Source: Eledone cirrhosa (lineage: Eukaryota). From it: a DNA stretch of 64,000 bases. How positions within the stretch are numbered: position 1 is the stretch's first letter; every line of letters begins with the position of its first letter. The stretch is from assembly GCA_964016885.1 (NCBI GenBank), contig OZ024744.1:77376001-77440000 (forward strand). Direction: 5' to 3'. The position numbers and the translations under genes were made by a program. Of this stretch, positions 40,405 to 54,045 are shown one piece after another. A model generated the notes under the pieces. That model had not been told where the DNA came from and searched no databases. It saw only the letters and a list, made by a program, of their open reading frames with translations.

Positions 40405-42456
40405 AACAGTAGAAATGTTTATATATTAATGTAGTAACAACAATAGTAATGTTTATATATTAATGTAGTAACAACAACAGTAATGTTTATATATTAATGT
40501 AGTAACAACAACAGTAATGTTTATATATTAATGTAGTAACAACAACAGTAATGTTTATATATTAATGTAGCAACAACAATAGTAATGTTTATATATTAAT
40601 GTAGCAACAACAATAGTAATGTTTATATATTAATGTAGTAACAACAATAGTAATGTTTATATATTAATGTAGTAACAACAACAGTAATGTTTATATATTA
40701 ATGTAGTAACAACAACAGTAATGTTTATATATTAATGTAGCAACAACAATAGTAATGTTTATATATTAATGTAGCAACAACAATAGTAATGTTTATATAT
40801 TAATGTAGTAACAACAATAGTAATGTTTATATATTAATGTAGTAACAACAACAGTAATGTTTATATATTAATGTAGTAACAACAACAGTAATGTTTATAT
40901 ATTAATGTAGTAACAACAACAATAATGTTTATATATTAATGTAGTAACAACAATAGTAATGTTTATATATTAATGTAGCAACAACAATAGTAATGTTTAT
41001 ATATTAATGTAGTAACAACAATAGTAATGTTTATATATTAATGTAGTAACAACAATAGTAATGTTTATATATTAATGTAATAACAACAACAGTAATGTTT
41101 ATATATTAATGTAGTAACAACAACAATAATGTTTATATATTAATGTAGTAACAACAATAGTAATGTTTATATATTAATGTAGTAACAACAACAGTAATGT
41201 TTATATATTAATGTAGTAACAACAACAATAATGTTTATATATTAATGTAGTAACAACAATAGTAATGTTTATATATTAATGTAGTAACAACAATAGTAAT
41301 GTTTATATATTAATGTAGTAACAACAACAGTAATGTTTATATATTAATGTAGCAACAACAATAGTAATGTTTATATATTAATGTAGTAACAACAACAGTA
41401 ATGTTTATATATTAATGTAGTAACAACAACAGTAGAAATGTTTATATATTAATGTAGCAACAACAATAGTAGAAATGTTTATATATTAATGTAGTAACAA
41501 CAACAACAGTAATGTTTATATATTAATGTAATAACAACAACAGTAGAAATGTTTATATATTAATGTAGTAACAACAACAGTAATGTTTATATATTAATGT
41601 AGCAACAACAACAGTAATGTTTATATATTAATGTAGCAACAACAACAGTAATGTTTATATATTAATGTAGTAACAACAATAGTAGTAATGTTTATATATT
41701 AATGTAGCAACAACAACAGTAGTAATGTTTATATATTAATGTAGCAACAACAACAACAGTAATGTTTATATATTAATGTAGCAACAACAACAGTAATGTT
41801 TATATATTAATGTAGTAACAACAATAGTAATGTTTATATATTAATGTAGTAACAACAATAGTAGTAATGTTTATATATTAATGTAGTAACAACAACAGAA
41901 ATGTTTATATATTAATGTAGCAACAACAATAGTAGTAATGTTTATATATTAATGTAGTAACAACAACAATAATGTTTATATATTAATGTAGCAACAACAA
42001 CAGTAATGTTTATATATTAATGTAGCAACAACAGTAATGTTTATATATTAATGTAGCAACAACAACAATAATGTTTATATATTAATGTAGCAACAACAAC
42101 AGTAATGTTTATATATTAATGTAGCAACAACAGTAATGTTTATATATTAATGTAGCAACAACAACAGTAATGTTTATATATTAATGTAGTAACAACAATA
42201 GTAATGTTTATATATTAATGTAGCAACAACAACAGTAATGTTTATATATTAATGTAGCAACAACAGTAATGTTTATATATTAATGTAGCAACAACAACAG
42301 TAATGTTTATATATTAATGTAGCAACAACAACAGTAATGTTTATATATTAATGGAGCAACAACAGTAATGTTTATATATTAATGTAGAATCAACAACAGT
42401 CGTAATGTTTATATATTAATGTAGCAACAACAATAGTAGTAATGTCTATATATTAA
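40405..42456. repeat. 34-bp AT-rich minisatellite (~60 units)
   Basis: Unit TAATGTTTATATATTAATGTAGTAACAACAACAG with +/-3 nt variants. Confidence 0.97.
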
Positions 42457-43268
42457 CTAGCAGAGGTACCCGGCGTTGCCCGGTATAACTCTCAATGGAG
42501 TAATCGTTCAAATGAACCGAAAGACTTCCGTTAAACACGACTATAGAAGTAACAATTTATAGGTGTTTGCCCTAAAGAGGGTCTTTGAACGTTCACTGCG
42601 GCGGTGCTGCCAGAAAAGACGAATCCGATGGTAACAATTTAAAGTTGGTGGCCCTAAAGAGAGCCTTGGATCATTCAATTTTAAAAGTCTCAGCAGCGGT
42701 GCTGTCAGCAAAGACGAATCCAGCGATAACAATTTATAGTTGGTGGCCCTGAAGAGGACCTTTTAACGTTCACTTTGAAATATCTCGGCGGCGGTGCTGC
42801 CAGCAAAGATGATTCCGATGGTAACAATTTAAACTTGGTGGCCCTGAAGAGGGTCTTGGATCGTTTACTCTTAAAAGTCCCAGTGGCAGAACTGTCATCA
42901 AAGACGACTCCGATTAGAAGTGGTGGCACTTAAGAAGTCCTTCACACCACTTTGGTGTGGCGTATTTGCTTTGCTTGTTATTTGAGATTGTAACATAGAA
43001 AAGCATGTAACAGTCGGTGGCCACAAAAACGGCGTTGGCAAGATCACGCTGGAATGTCAAAAAATGTGTAAATAAGATGTAGGGAAAAGTAGATTAATTA
43101 GGTTAAAACTATGGAACATCGATAGCAAAGCGTAATAGCAACATATAAATGCGGAAAACGGAGACATTGAACATTTCTAACGTATAGCAAAAGCAGCCTC
43201 AGAGGCCTACGTGGTATTGTGAGAAGGACAAAAATAGCACAGCGATTACTTGTTGGCGGATTGGGTGC

Positions 43269-43808
43269 CTACAAAACTTCCTTATAGACTATAGTTTGGG
43301 TTTTCTCGCGAGTTGCAAAAGCAAATAGGCTATGTCGGCTCCCCACTCGAGAGCAGCCAACATATAGTTGACCATGGGAGAAGCACGGTTCTTCTAAATT
43401 AAGCCCTACGATCGTCAGCGTCTGATCCTGTGATTTGTTAATCGACATGGCGAAACTGAGCCGGGGAGGGATTTGCAGCCTTCTGAATGTGAAAGGAATG
43501 TCTTTACCGGATGGAATGAGAGGTATCCTTGGTATGAAGACAGTATCCCCCTTACCACATCCTGTAAGTAGTGTTGCCTCAATAACATGAGGCACCGCCT
43601 TTTGGACGACCAGACGCGTGCCGTTGGAAAGCCTTCGGGTTTCCAAATTCCTGAGGAGCATGACAGGGGCACCTTTCTTAAGTCGCAGTAAGTGTGGTGG
43701 CAATCCGGGAGGGTCTAGGGAGTTAAGAAATTCTGTGGGGTAATTAACAACTTCGTCCGGATCAGCCAGAGAGTCAAGGGACTTGTAGACGTACAGGTTT
43801 CCAGGCAA
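43269..43808 (-). pseudogene. Helitron PIF1-family helicase C-terminal fragment
   Basis: [31 protein letters not shown]...NGTRL...[10 protein letters not shown]...[12 protein letters not shown]...[15 protein letters not shown]. Confidence 0.92.
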
Positions 43809-43811
43809 GCA

Positions 43812-44370
43812 CAGCGTAGTCGGAGGAGGGGTCGTAGTTAAAGGCCTTCAACAACCATCGTGAATTGCAAGTCCTAGAAATGCCACGTAACGATGATCGT
43901 CGCTGTTCACTTTGCAGAAGTCGGCCACGTCGTTGCTCTATGGTTTCAGTATTTCGTGCAGCAGCAGCAGCAGCAGTGGCGTCCCTGCTTCTTCGAACGG
44001 CGCGTCGTCCTTCATCCTCTCGAGCGCAAGCAGCGGTTATTGCAGTGGCGTCCCTGCTTCGTCGAACGGCGCGTCGTCCTTCATCCTCTCGAGCGCGAAC
44101 TGTTGTTGTTGCAGTGGCGACCCTGCGTCATCGAACGGCACGTCGTCCTTCATCCTCTCGAGTGCGAGCAGCAGCAGTGCCGGCAGCATCTTTGTTCCGT
44201 CGAAGTTCACACCGACTGTCATCCTCCTCCACTCTTGCAGCTGTCGTCTGCACAGCATTCAGTGAGAGCCTGATCGCAGTCGCATTTACATCTTCGGCGA
44301 GACGCCTTCGCTTAGACCTACTTGCATCATTAGATAATCGACCAATGAAAGTTATTTTCTTGGGGAGCAT
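43812..44370 (-). pseudogene. Helitron RepHel N-terminal fragment with 20-aa (60-bp) repeats
   Basis: MLPKK...(AREDEGRRAVRRSRDATA)n...[10 protein letters not shown]; one TGA at 44128-44130; fused directly to the helicase C-terminus. Confidence 0.7.
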
Positions 44371-47289
44371 TGTTTTTAGAAAATTAACCAGGGAGAACAA
44401 TAAATAGTGGACAAATAACGTTTAAGTAAGCAAATCTAAACACGAATATAAATTGTGAAAAAATATGATAAATCTTGAGAGATAAGTCTGAGAAAGCGGG
44501 TGTTTTGCAAGATTTTGTGTACCAGTCAAATTTCAGGTATTAAGTTAGGGGCAACGCAGCGTACAGACTACCTGTGATAAAGGAAATTAAATAGTGTGGC
44601 TACAGTGGTAGATATATAAGTGTCGGTATGTTTGTTCAGTTCGAACATAGCAATAAGTAAGTACTAACCATTGAAAGGATACAGGCAAAAATGGCCGAAA
44701 AATCATAGCATGATAAACTGGAACCTTATTACCATAAACACACATTAACTAAAGGTCCTTTAAGGTGACAAATGTTGAAGAAGCATGCTTTTCAGAAACA
44801 TGGGGTAACTTATGAGAGTACCCATGTAAAAAAACCTACCACTTGTCAAAAGCCAAAAAAGAAGTGTGATCCTAGGTCGGACTTGACCGATATAAATAGG
44901 AGTGATTTCGCTCAATGAACAACACTCGAGTTGTCTGATTGGTTAGATAATACAAATAAGTGGGATGAAATCTACTGAACACAACTCACTGATGTGTGGT
45001 TAGCCAGAGGTCGCCATTTCGCAATTAATTGAGGTGCAATTAAACGAGGGAGACAACCGGGTGCAAAAACTAATCAATCATTCGCACAGTTTAGGCGTGA
45101 GTGTGAAATAGCACAATCCACATACAGTAGGCGTTAAAATTTACACCTGGGTTAAATCGCGCTTTCTTGGTTAGGAAATTTGAAATGACGCCAAAGTTCA
45201 AGGAAAATAATTTAACTCCCCATTCCGCACTTAATTGTGGTGCAATTACACGGGGGAGACAACTGGGTGCAAAATTAAATTCAATCATCCTAAAGTTAAC
45301 TAAACAAACTAAAGTTAAGTCAGGGGGATTTAAAAATTCGCTACTCCATTTGTAGGACATGAGTAACCGATGCGTCAACTTTCGTTTAAATTGACTTTTA
45401 TTTCCCGAAGTTGAAATGCTTTGCTGCAACCATAATATGAACTTTAAAAGTGGTCCAAAGGGGCTCACTGCCCTCCCTAGGGGGTTCCCTTGAAAATCAA
45501 GTGATAACGAATGTGTGGTGCTTTATCTTATCGCAGGCAATAACCATTTCGCTTAGTTTTTGTAAGAATCAAGTATAAACTCCCGAGGTTATGGTGCTTT
45601 TTTATTGTGGCAGTTTGAACTTTTATAGGTTAATGAATTGGGCTCATTGTCCCCGAGGGGGTCCTTTTGCTGAATTGAAATGAAAGTAAATGAGCCTCAC
45701 TGTATCTTCATCTGTAGTACATGAATAACAACTAAGTCGAAATTCGTTTTATTGGACTACCAATTATCGAAGCTATGACGCTTTGCTGCATTACAATAGC
45801 CAAATTCAATAAATGACTCGCCGGGGCTTACTGGTCCCTGGGGGTCCCCTTGCTTGTTCTGGGTATAGATGTCTTCAACATCATCTTTAGGTAATGGGTA
45901 ACCAATGTGTCCGGTAAATGTAAAATCGAACGTAAACTTCAAAAGTTATCAGGTACTAATACAGTGTTAATGTGAATTTCAATAGATAAGTCGAAGAGGC
46001 TTGCTCCCCCCCCCCCCCGCACACCCGGGTCCCCTTGATAAGTTCAAGTAAAAGTTCATGTGTTCACCTTCCTTTATAAACTATGGGTAACCAATACGTC
46101 TCGCTTTGTGAAATCCAAACACCAACTCAAGCAGTTATGACGTTTTGTTGCATTGATGATATCAACTTCAACATTCATCAAGTCGGTTTACTGCCCCTCA
46201 AGGGGTCCCCTACCTGAATTTCTGCGCAAGTGCATGCCTGCAAATTTATTTGTAGACCATAAGCAAAATAAAGATTAATTTTGATGAAGATGGGAGGCAA
46301 ACTGCAGGAACTATGGGGCCTTTATGCAGTAGTACTGCTGACTCCAAGCGAGAGGCTTAAGGGGGTTATCTGCCCCTGGGGGACCCCACAATCGATCTAG
46401 GGAAAAATAAAATAGCCTACGACGTATAATAGGACTTCAGAAACCTATGTATGAAATTTGGTGCAAATCGGTTGTAAAACGTAGAAATGCATGCGGTTAC
46501 ACAGACAGACAGACAGGCATCTTCTGTTTTATATGTATAGATTATGTTTTATATAAACAGAAATAAGGTAGCAGCAACTACAGTAGTTACAAATAACAGT
46601 TAGCAATGCAGAGGAAAAGAAGACAAGCCAATACCAATGATTCGCCGTTCACTTCCGCTTCACACCGGTCGCCGTCGGGACCTCACTCGTACTCGGACCC
46701 CGTACTGCCGAGCTCCTCCGCAAGATTGGAACGTCAGATCCTCGTCCGAGGAAAGAGCTCTGCGATGGGGAGTGGCTGTTGCAGCGGTTGTCGCTGGCCA
46801 TTGTCCGCGAGAATGCTTTTGCGGTCTTTTGCAGCCCCAACACCACTGCTTCCTAGGCCTAGAGTCCATCCCATCCCCCCTTCCCCTCTAATGCTTCTGT
46901 GGCCCTAGAGCCCTTGCCTTTCCCTTCCTTTCGGTTTTTAATTATTAATAAAGATTTGTATTATATATATATATATATATTTTTAATGACTATATATATA
47001 ACGTCAACACATTTTATGCCATGCTTTCCGTTGATAATTATTATTGTCTCCTAGTTCTACTTCCAGACTAAATTAGCAAATACCTCGTTCCACAGCAAGT
47101 AAAAATATCATAAATATTCTCCAGAAAGGAATTAGCTTAGCAATGGATTATTCCTTAGACAATTCCGTGCATAAGCTAATAATGATACTTATAAAAGAAA
47201 ATCTGTCGCCACTTCTCTAATGAATGACTGTCTTGAAGACAGCAAGTCATTAATATATTATAATAGAATAAATCATCATCTCTGTACAG

Positions 47290-47985
47290 TATGTTACTTC
47301 TATATAACAGTAAGTTACTACCGTGTAACATATTGGTAAGTCATTGTCACGTTACAGCAAGTCACTAGCTTGTTACAGTAGAATATAACACTATAACGTT
47401 ACAGTCATTCACAGCCATGTCACAATCCCGTACCGTACCGTACAATACAGTACTGTACAGTACAGTACAATATAGTACAGTACAGTACAGTACAGTATAG
47501 CACAGTACATTACTGTACACTACTGTACAGTACAGTACAGTAGTAAGTCACTGTCATGTTACAGCAAGTCAATAACTTGTTACAGTAGAGTATAAGACTA
47601 AAACGTTACAGTTAATCACTGCCATGTCAATATCACGTACCACAGTACAGAACAGTGCAGTACAGTACAGTAAGTCATTACCATGTTACAGCAAGTCACT
47701 AGCATGTTACAGTAAAGTATACTATTATAGCGTTACAGTCAACCACTGCCATATCACAATCCCGTACAGTACAGTACAGTACTGTGCAGTACAATACTGT
47801 ACAGTACAATACTGCACAGTACAGTACAGTACGGTAGAGCACAGTAGAGTAAGTTACTATCTAGTTACAGCAAGTCACTAGCTTGTTACAGTGGAGTATA
47901 CTATTATAACGTTACAGTCAATCACTGCCATGTCACTATCACCTACAGTACAGTATAGTGCAGCAAATCATTACCACGTTACAAC
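47290..47985. repeat. Degenerate tandem repeat with (CAGTA)n inserts
   Basis: Recurrent GTTACAGCAAGTCACTAGCTTGTTACAG...CGTTACAGTCAATCACTGCCAT separated by (CAGTA)n. Confidence 0.8.
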
Positions 47986-49142
47986 ACGCTGATAACCACA
48001 CCCTGGTTTATATCTATCCATGAGTCTACTTCGCACCAGATCCTAAACCACTTAATGAGAACTAGGAAGGAAATACAGTAGATAATGATTGCTATGAGTT
48101 TCTCCGCATTATTTTTTTTCCATAATTTTAGATAAAATTAAATGTATAAGCGATCCCAATATCTCATAGCATAGACTATACTTTGGAGAATCCCATGGTT
48201 CAGCCCTACTTACTGCTTAAATGTGAAAGCTTTGCTCACGATTTCCTTAATTCAATCCCCATCCTCTTCCCTATAAAGCATAATGTCATAAAGTCTTTAA
48301 AATAACTTATTTTTCTCTATTAATCTTTATAATTCAAAATGTTTTTGTTTTTTTTTCATATAAATAATAATTGTTTCTACTTTGGGCACAAGGCCAGCAA
48401 TTACTCCAGTACATTACTGGTACTTTATTTTATCGACCCCGTAAGGATGAAAGCCAAAGTTAACCTCTGCAGGAGTTGAACTTAGAACGTAAAGGGCCAT
48501 AACTCTTTGCTGCAAAAAATGGTGTCTGACGCTCTACCGATAGTGCCAGCAAAACAATATTATTTAAATATAGATAATAATGTTTTGCTGCATACCCGTA
48601 ATTATATAGATCATAGCAACTGTCTCCTTAGCGAAAACTTTCTATTTAAAGGGATAGTGTGCAGCATTAGTGTACATAAGAAACACAGTTCTATGTTTTG
48701 AACGTGCACTTGATTGGTGGGAAGGAAATTTTACGTGCGACTTACCAGCTAAAGAAAGGTTCTCCAAGAATATTTAGTTTTTAAAGGTATCCTTTCCAGT
48801 AACTTTCAAATTAAATTGGTTCATTTTAGAGCACACCAGCCTATATATGCTGGATTTCCATCGCAATAGGTACCTTTTGATTAAGCGAATGATTCTTAAT
48901 TCCATTCCAGTGAACCCAAGTATTGAAACAAGAATCCGAGTTAATGAATACTTGCAAGCATGCTTCGAAATACATACTGTGTAAAAAGATTTTACCACCT
49001 GATGGATCCGAAACGTTGTCTTATCTATTGATTGCCTATATTTTTTACAATTTACAAACTACACTTTTTTCTTAGCCAAAAGTCCGCTTCTCGATATTTT
49101 GGCTAAGATCAAATATAGGTAAATTTGAGAAACTATAAACAC

Positions 49143-49180
<38 letters not shown>

Positions 49181-49613
49181 AGTGTGTACATGTATTTACG
49201 TATATATATATTATACATATATTTCAAGATGGATTCTGTTTGAAACTGCTATGATCCATACAATTACAGGTATGCAGCAAAACTCTAGTGAGTCTGGAAC
49301 TAGCTGTTGAAACGACAAGAGCTCAGCTGTTGGAGTCCCGACTCTTTATAATATATATATATGATATAAAATGCTCGGATCTATTCATTGGAATCTTTGA
49401 GCATATTCTACAGTGGATATGGCGCATGTCTCTCGGACATGACACCCTTAATTTAATTTGGGATATATTTATATATATATATATACATATATATATACAT
49501 ATACATATATATCATATTTGTATTTTTTCAACTCAAACCAACCCAAACCAAACAGTGAGTTTGTCTTTTTATATATTTCTGGGTATATTATAACAACATA
49601 ACCCTCCTCAAAT

Positions 49614-49770
<157 letters not shown>

Positions 49771-49942
49771 TTATTCAGAATATTAATAAATGAAGACATC
49801 CACAAAATCAAAATATATGTTTTATTATATATATTTCGAAGGTACTGTGCTGTTTTTTTCAGTACGACCCCGTCAGATAAAATACATGAATTGATGTATG
49901 ACATACCTCAACGGTCTTGATGGTTCAATTCCAGTATTGGCA

Positions 49943-49993
<51 letters not shown>

Positions 49994-50144
49994 GATAAGA
50001 TAAAAATACTTGAGTGCATTAGAGTTAAACACACTCGTCGTATTAGAGAAATGACAGTATAAGATATAGCTCAATGTTATCCAACAGAGCCGAAAAATTA
50101 TATAAAATAAACAAAGAAGCCTTTAACACATTAAAAATCTTTAT

Positions 50145-50189
50145 TTGCTGACAATGTTTCGTCCCATCAATAAAGACTCATCAGAGCAA
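50145..50189 (-). ncRNA. Type I hammerhead ribozyme (left arm)
   Basis: TTGCT-CTGATGA-GTCTttattgatgGGAC-GAAA-CATTG-TC-AGCAA. Confidence 0.8.
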
Positions 50190-51484
50190 GGAAAAAGACA
50201 AGAAGTATTAACGGCCAGAACAAGCCAAAACTCAGAAGAACAGCTAATGGATATTTATGAAAATTTGGGAAAATTATCATGGAAAGACATGCTAAATCTA
50301 ATAGGGTGCATTTGTAAATAAAGACTATAGGGCAAGAGAGCAGGCAAGACATTAAACAAACCCATGTTAAAAGTACAATATAAGTCTAATACTTGAAATA
50401 CAACATGGTAATACAATGTGAGAATTATAATATAATATACAATACAATACAATAGATAATACATAAATAAAACTTAATATATATATATATATAAACATCC
50501 ACACTCACTCTGACACATATATATACACATTTACACATACACATAATAACACAAATATAAATATAAGCATTATAATAGAATAATGCGCTTGTGTCCTTGA
50601 ATTTATCGTGTAAATATGTCTTAAGCTTTTTCCCTTGCTATTGTGTGTCTGCTATTGAAATATTAATGTTAATATATAATATTATATTATATGTATTTGA
50701 ATTATAAGTATGTGTCCGGTATTGAAATATTAATATGTGCTATTATATGGTTTTGTGTCTGCTATTGAAATATTAATGTTAATATATAATATTATATTAT
50801 ATGTATTTGAATTATAAGTATGTGTCCGGTATTGAAATATTAATATGTAATATTATATGGATTTGAACTACCTATATCTCCGTATATTTATTGTTTATTA
50901 TATATATTTATATATATTTTTCCACCAGACTTTATATTATTATATGGTATTATTATTACTTTTTACCCTGTGAAATACATTGTTTTTATACACAATTTGT
51001 TGACTTTACATGATACGTAAGATAAATTTTTATATATTTTTTTAATGTCAATATATTATTTTCATTGATTTTGGTATTGTTTAATCACACCGTCAGGGTG
51101 ATTATTCTATTATAATGCTTATATTTATATTTGTGTTATTATGTGTATGTGTAAATGTGTATATATATGTGTCAGAATGAGTGTGGATGTTTATATATAT
51201 ATTAAGTTTTATTTATGTATTATCTATTGTATTGTATATTATATTATAATTCTCACATTGTATTACTATGTTGTATTTCAAGTATTAGACTTATATTGTA
51301 CTTTTAACATGGGTTTGTTTAATGTCTTGCCTGCTCTCTTGCCCTATAGTCTTTATTTACAAATGCACCCTATTAGATTTAGCATGTCTTTCCATGATAA
51401 TTTTCCCAAATTTTCATAAATATCCATTAGCTGTTCTTCTGAGTTTTGGCTTGTTCTGGCCGTTAATACTTCTTGTCTTTTTCC

Positions 51485-51529
51485 TTGCTCTGATGAGTCC
51501 TTATTAATGGGACGAAACATTGTCAGCAA
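51485..51529 (+). ncRNA. Type I hammerhead ribozyme (right arm)
   Basis: TTGCT-CTGATGA(51490-51496)-GTCCttattaatgGGAC-GAAA-CATTG-TC-AGCAA; canonical G10.1-C11.1, GTC triplet 51522-51524; stem I extends TCTTT/AAAGA across an internal loop. Confidence 0.85.
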
Positions 51530-52789
51530 ATAAAGATTTTTAATGTGTTAAAGGCTTCTTTGTTTATTTTATATAATTTTTCGGCTCTGTTGGATAACAT
51601 TGAGCTATATCTTATACTGTCATTTCTCTAATACGACGAGTGTGTTTAACTCTAATGCACTCAAGTATTTTTATCTTATATATAATATTATAAAGCTGAG
51701 CGTCGTATGTATGTATTATGTATAGTTTCTTAGCTTTACTCTCTCCGTCGCTCTTCCCTCTCTCTATAATAGATCATTCCCCCTCTCTATAATTTAACTG
51801 CTTTACTCTCTCTGTTGCTCTTCACTCTCAAATATTATAAAGCTGAACGTCGTCTCCCCCCCCCCCCTTCTTTCACTCTCTCTATAATGTAACTGCTTTA
51901 CTCTCTGTCTCTCTTCACTCTCTATATGACAACACTCTTTTACTTTCCGGAACGTCGTATGTATTTTTTGTCAATCTAAACTAAAATAAAGGAAGGTCTG
52001 CGGGACTGCGTACGGTTTATTTCTTTCAATCCAGTTAGTAAAATAAGTTGGATTACTTTGAATAAATAATGAATGAATATTACATAATTTATATACTACA
52101 TTTCGTAAACATAAATAATTTCGTAAAAATAAATAATTTAAAATTGACTTCTTTTCAAAGTTGCACTTCCGGTATATCGTCGCCACCACCACCACCACTT
52201 CAACTACCATATATATAGAAAGAGAGAGAGTGTGTGATGAGAGAGATAGAGATATTATGATTTTCTACACGCTGACGCGTATGAGTGTGCACATACATAC
52301 ATCTATATGTATGAGTATATAACTATAATCGCGCAAACACAAACTTATAAAAATACACGCTCACGAATATAATTCACACACATACACATACATTCACACA
52401 TATACATTTACACAAACACACATTCACACATATATACACATTTACACAAAACACACACATATAGTCAAGATAGCAACATTCGGTGAATTGGAAATGGGAG
52501 GGTAAAACAAGTATAACGTTTTATTTATTTATTAACTCTTTATTTATTTATTAACTCTTTTTTTAAAAACTCATTTAATATAATGGTTACAGAACGATAA
52601 TGGTTACAGAACGAAGACACTAACAAATATAATATATACAAAGGAAAGAGAAAGGGAAAAAAGAAAGAGAAAAATACACAAGCAGGTAATACACAGAACA
52701 AAATGCAGGCGAAAGAGTGGTAAAAACGAGCCGCTAACAGAGCAAAAGATAACAATATAGCGAGGAGCACTGGGAAACCGCTCTAATAA

Positions 52790-53230
52790 TGTTTTAGGCA
52801 AGCCAGCACGCTCGCAGCGTTACCTGGGTGATGGCGAGGCTGAAGTGTTGGAACAACCAAGTGCCCTCACGAGCATCACCAGTTACCTCTGTTTGAGGAG
52901 CTGCCAGTGAAGATAAGAACCTCGCTGTCAGTAGCCCGACTCCCCCAAACGTCTCGAACGCCACAGGCTGGATAATGTAGTTAGCTGACAGAACACGATA
53001 TTTTAGGATTTTGTTCCGTTCAACTGCGGATGCTGTAGCTCTTGCCCTTACAGCTGCATCCAGGATGTGGGAAGAAGTAAACGAGTCACTAACTGTGACG
53101 TCCCAGGTAAGGCACATTCCACTTGACCAGGAGCACAGAGTAAGACCGTCAAGTCTCTTCCCATCAATTCAGGACTACCCAGACGGTTTCAAAATTGAGG
53201 GGATGTTTGCCCGGGCCAACACTTTTAAGT
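52790..53230 (-). mobile_element. CRE-clade RLE fragment (third subfamily)
   Basis: CLTWDVTVSDSF...AVERNKILKY...IQPVAFETFGGVG...TGDAREGTWLFQHFSLAI. Confidence 0.8.
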
Positions 53231-53389
53231 AGTAATAGGACAGTGTGTGTATGTGCGCGCGCGTGAGTTTATCGGCGTTCTTAAATTAGAGACACGTGTG
53301 TGTGTTTGTCACTGCTTTTAGGTTAGACATATATATGTGTGATTTCCTTTCCTTCCTTTTACACACACATACATACACATTGTGTGATG

Positions 53390-54045
53390 GACGGGTGGAC
53401 AGAAGTCCCTCAAATTTATATATATGTGAATGGAGTTCTACTGAAGCAGTTAGAGAAGTTCAAGTATCTTGGAGCCGTGTTCATGAGTGATGGAATGCAG
53501 GAGGCTGAATTAAGTGCAAGAATTGCAAAAGCTGATGCAGTAATGCGCGAGCCTCAGCATTCAGCAATCAGAAGAAGGGGGTAGGTGTAAAAGCCAAACT
53601 CGCTGTCTTCCTGGTATTCCTGCCAATTCTTACCGAGGATCATGAATCTTGAGTAATGACCAAAATAATACAATTGCAAATAAAAGTGGCAGAAATGGGA
53701 TTCCTCCGAAGAGTTTTTGGAGTAACGTTACTCGATAAAGGGCATAACTCAGAGACCAGAGAGTCACTCCTGGTAGAGCCGCTACTTCTCCGAATTGAGA
53801 GATCACAACTCCGATATTATGAGCATGTGGTTAGAATGTCTCAGTAAAGAATCGCTGGACACATTTTACAGGCAAAACTAACCGGCAAGAGACCCTGAGC
53901 AAGATAGTTGAGCTTGGCTGGTCACGCTTTGGGATCCAGCTAGATCAGTTAGAGATGTTTGCTTCTGACAGACTCGCTGAAAGGAGTGTTTGAGAAGGAC
54001 TCTGCCCCCACGACCCTCTCAGAAATAAGTGGGTGAAGAAGAAGA
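53390..54045 (+). mobile_element. RTE-clade LINE 3' portion (decayed)
   Basis: LEKFKYLG...SARIAKA...AEMGFLRRVFGVTLLDK..NSETRE...IERSQLRYYEHVVRM; further fragments at ~7575-7745, 23745-23800, 37065-37205. Confidence 0.85.

Larger units (their letters stand above)
42457..46541 (-). mobile_element. Helitron deletion derivative with both termini (~4.1 kb)
   Basis: Minus strand 5' A|TCTATACATATAAAA + (TGTC)n at 46541; 3' hairpin CCGGGCAACGCCGGG then CTAG|T at 42457; contains RepHel remnants. Confidence 0.88.
49985..51692. mobile_element. Large inverted repeat (~600-bp arms, ~515-bp spacer): inverted pLTR PLE-like element
   Basis: 49985-50584 is the reverse complement of 51101-51692 with few differences; the spacer contains a ~110-bp tandem duplication (50641-50860). 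Confidence 0.9.

Noticed and set aside
40405-42456. Possible CRISPR array
   Set aside because: Units are contiguous with no variable spacers; eukaryotic minisatellite.
43269-43808. Host PIF1 helicase gene
   Set aside because: Intronless fragment inside Helitron termini with degenerate motifs (SQDQ for SQGQ).
48999-49020. CTGATGGATCCGAAACGTTGTC as a hammerhead
   Set aside because: A9 and stem II are missing and there is no stem I; at best a heavily deleted relic.
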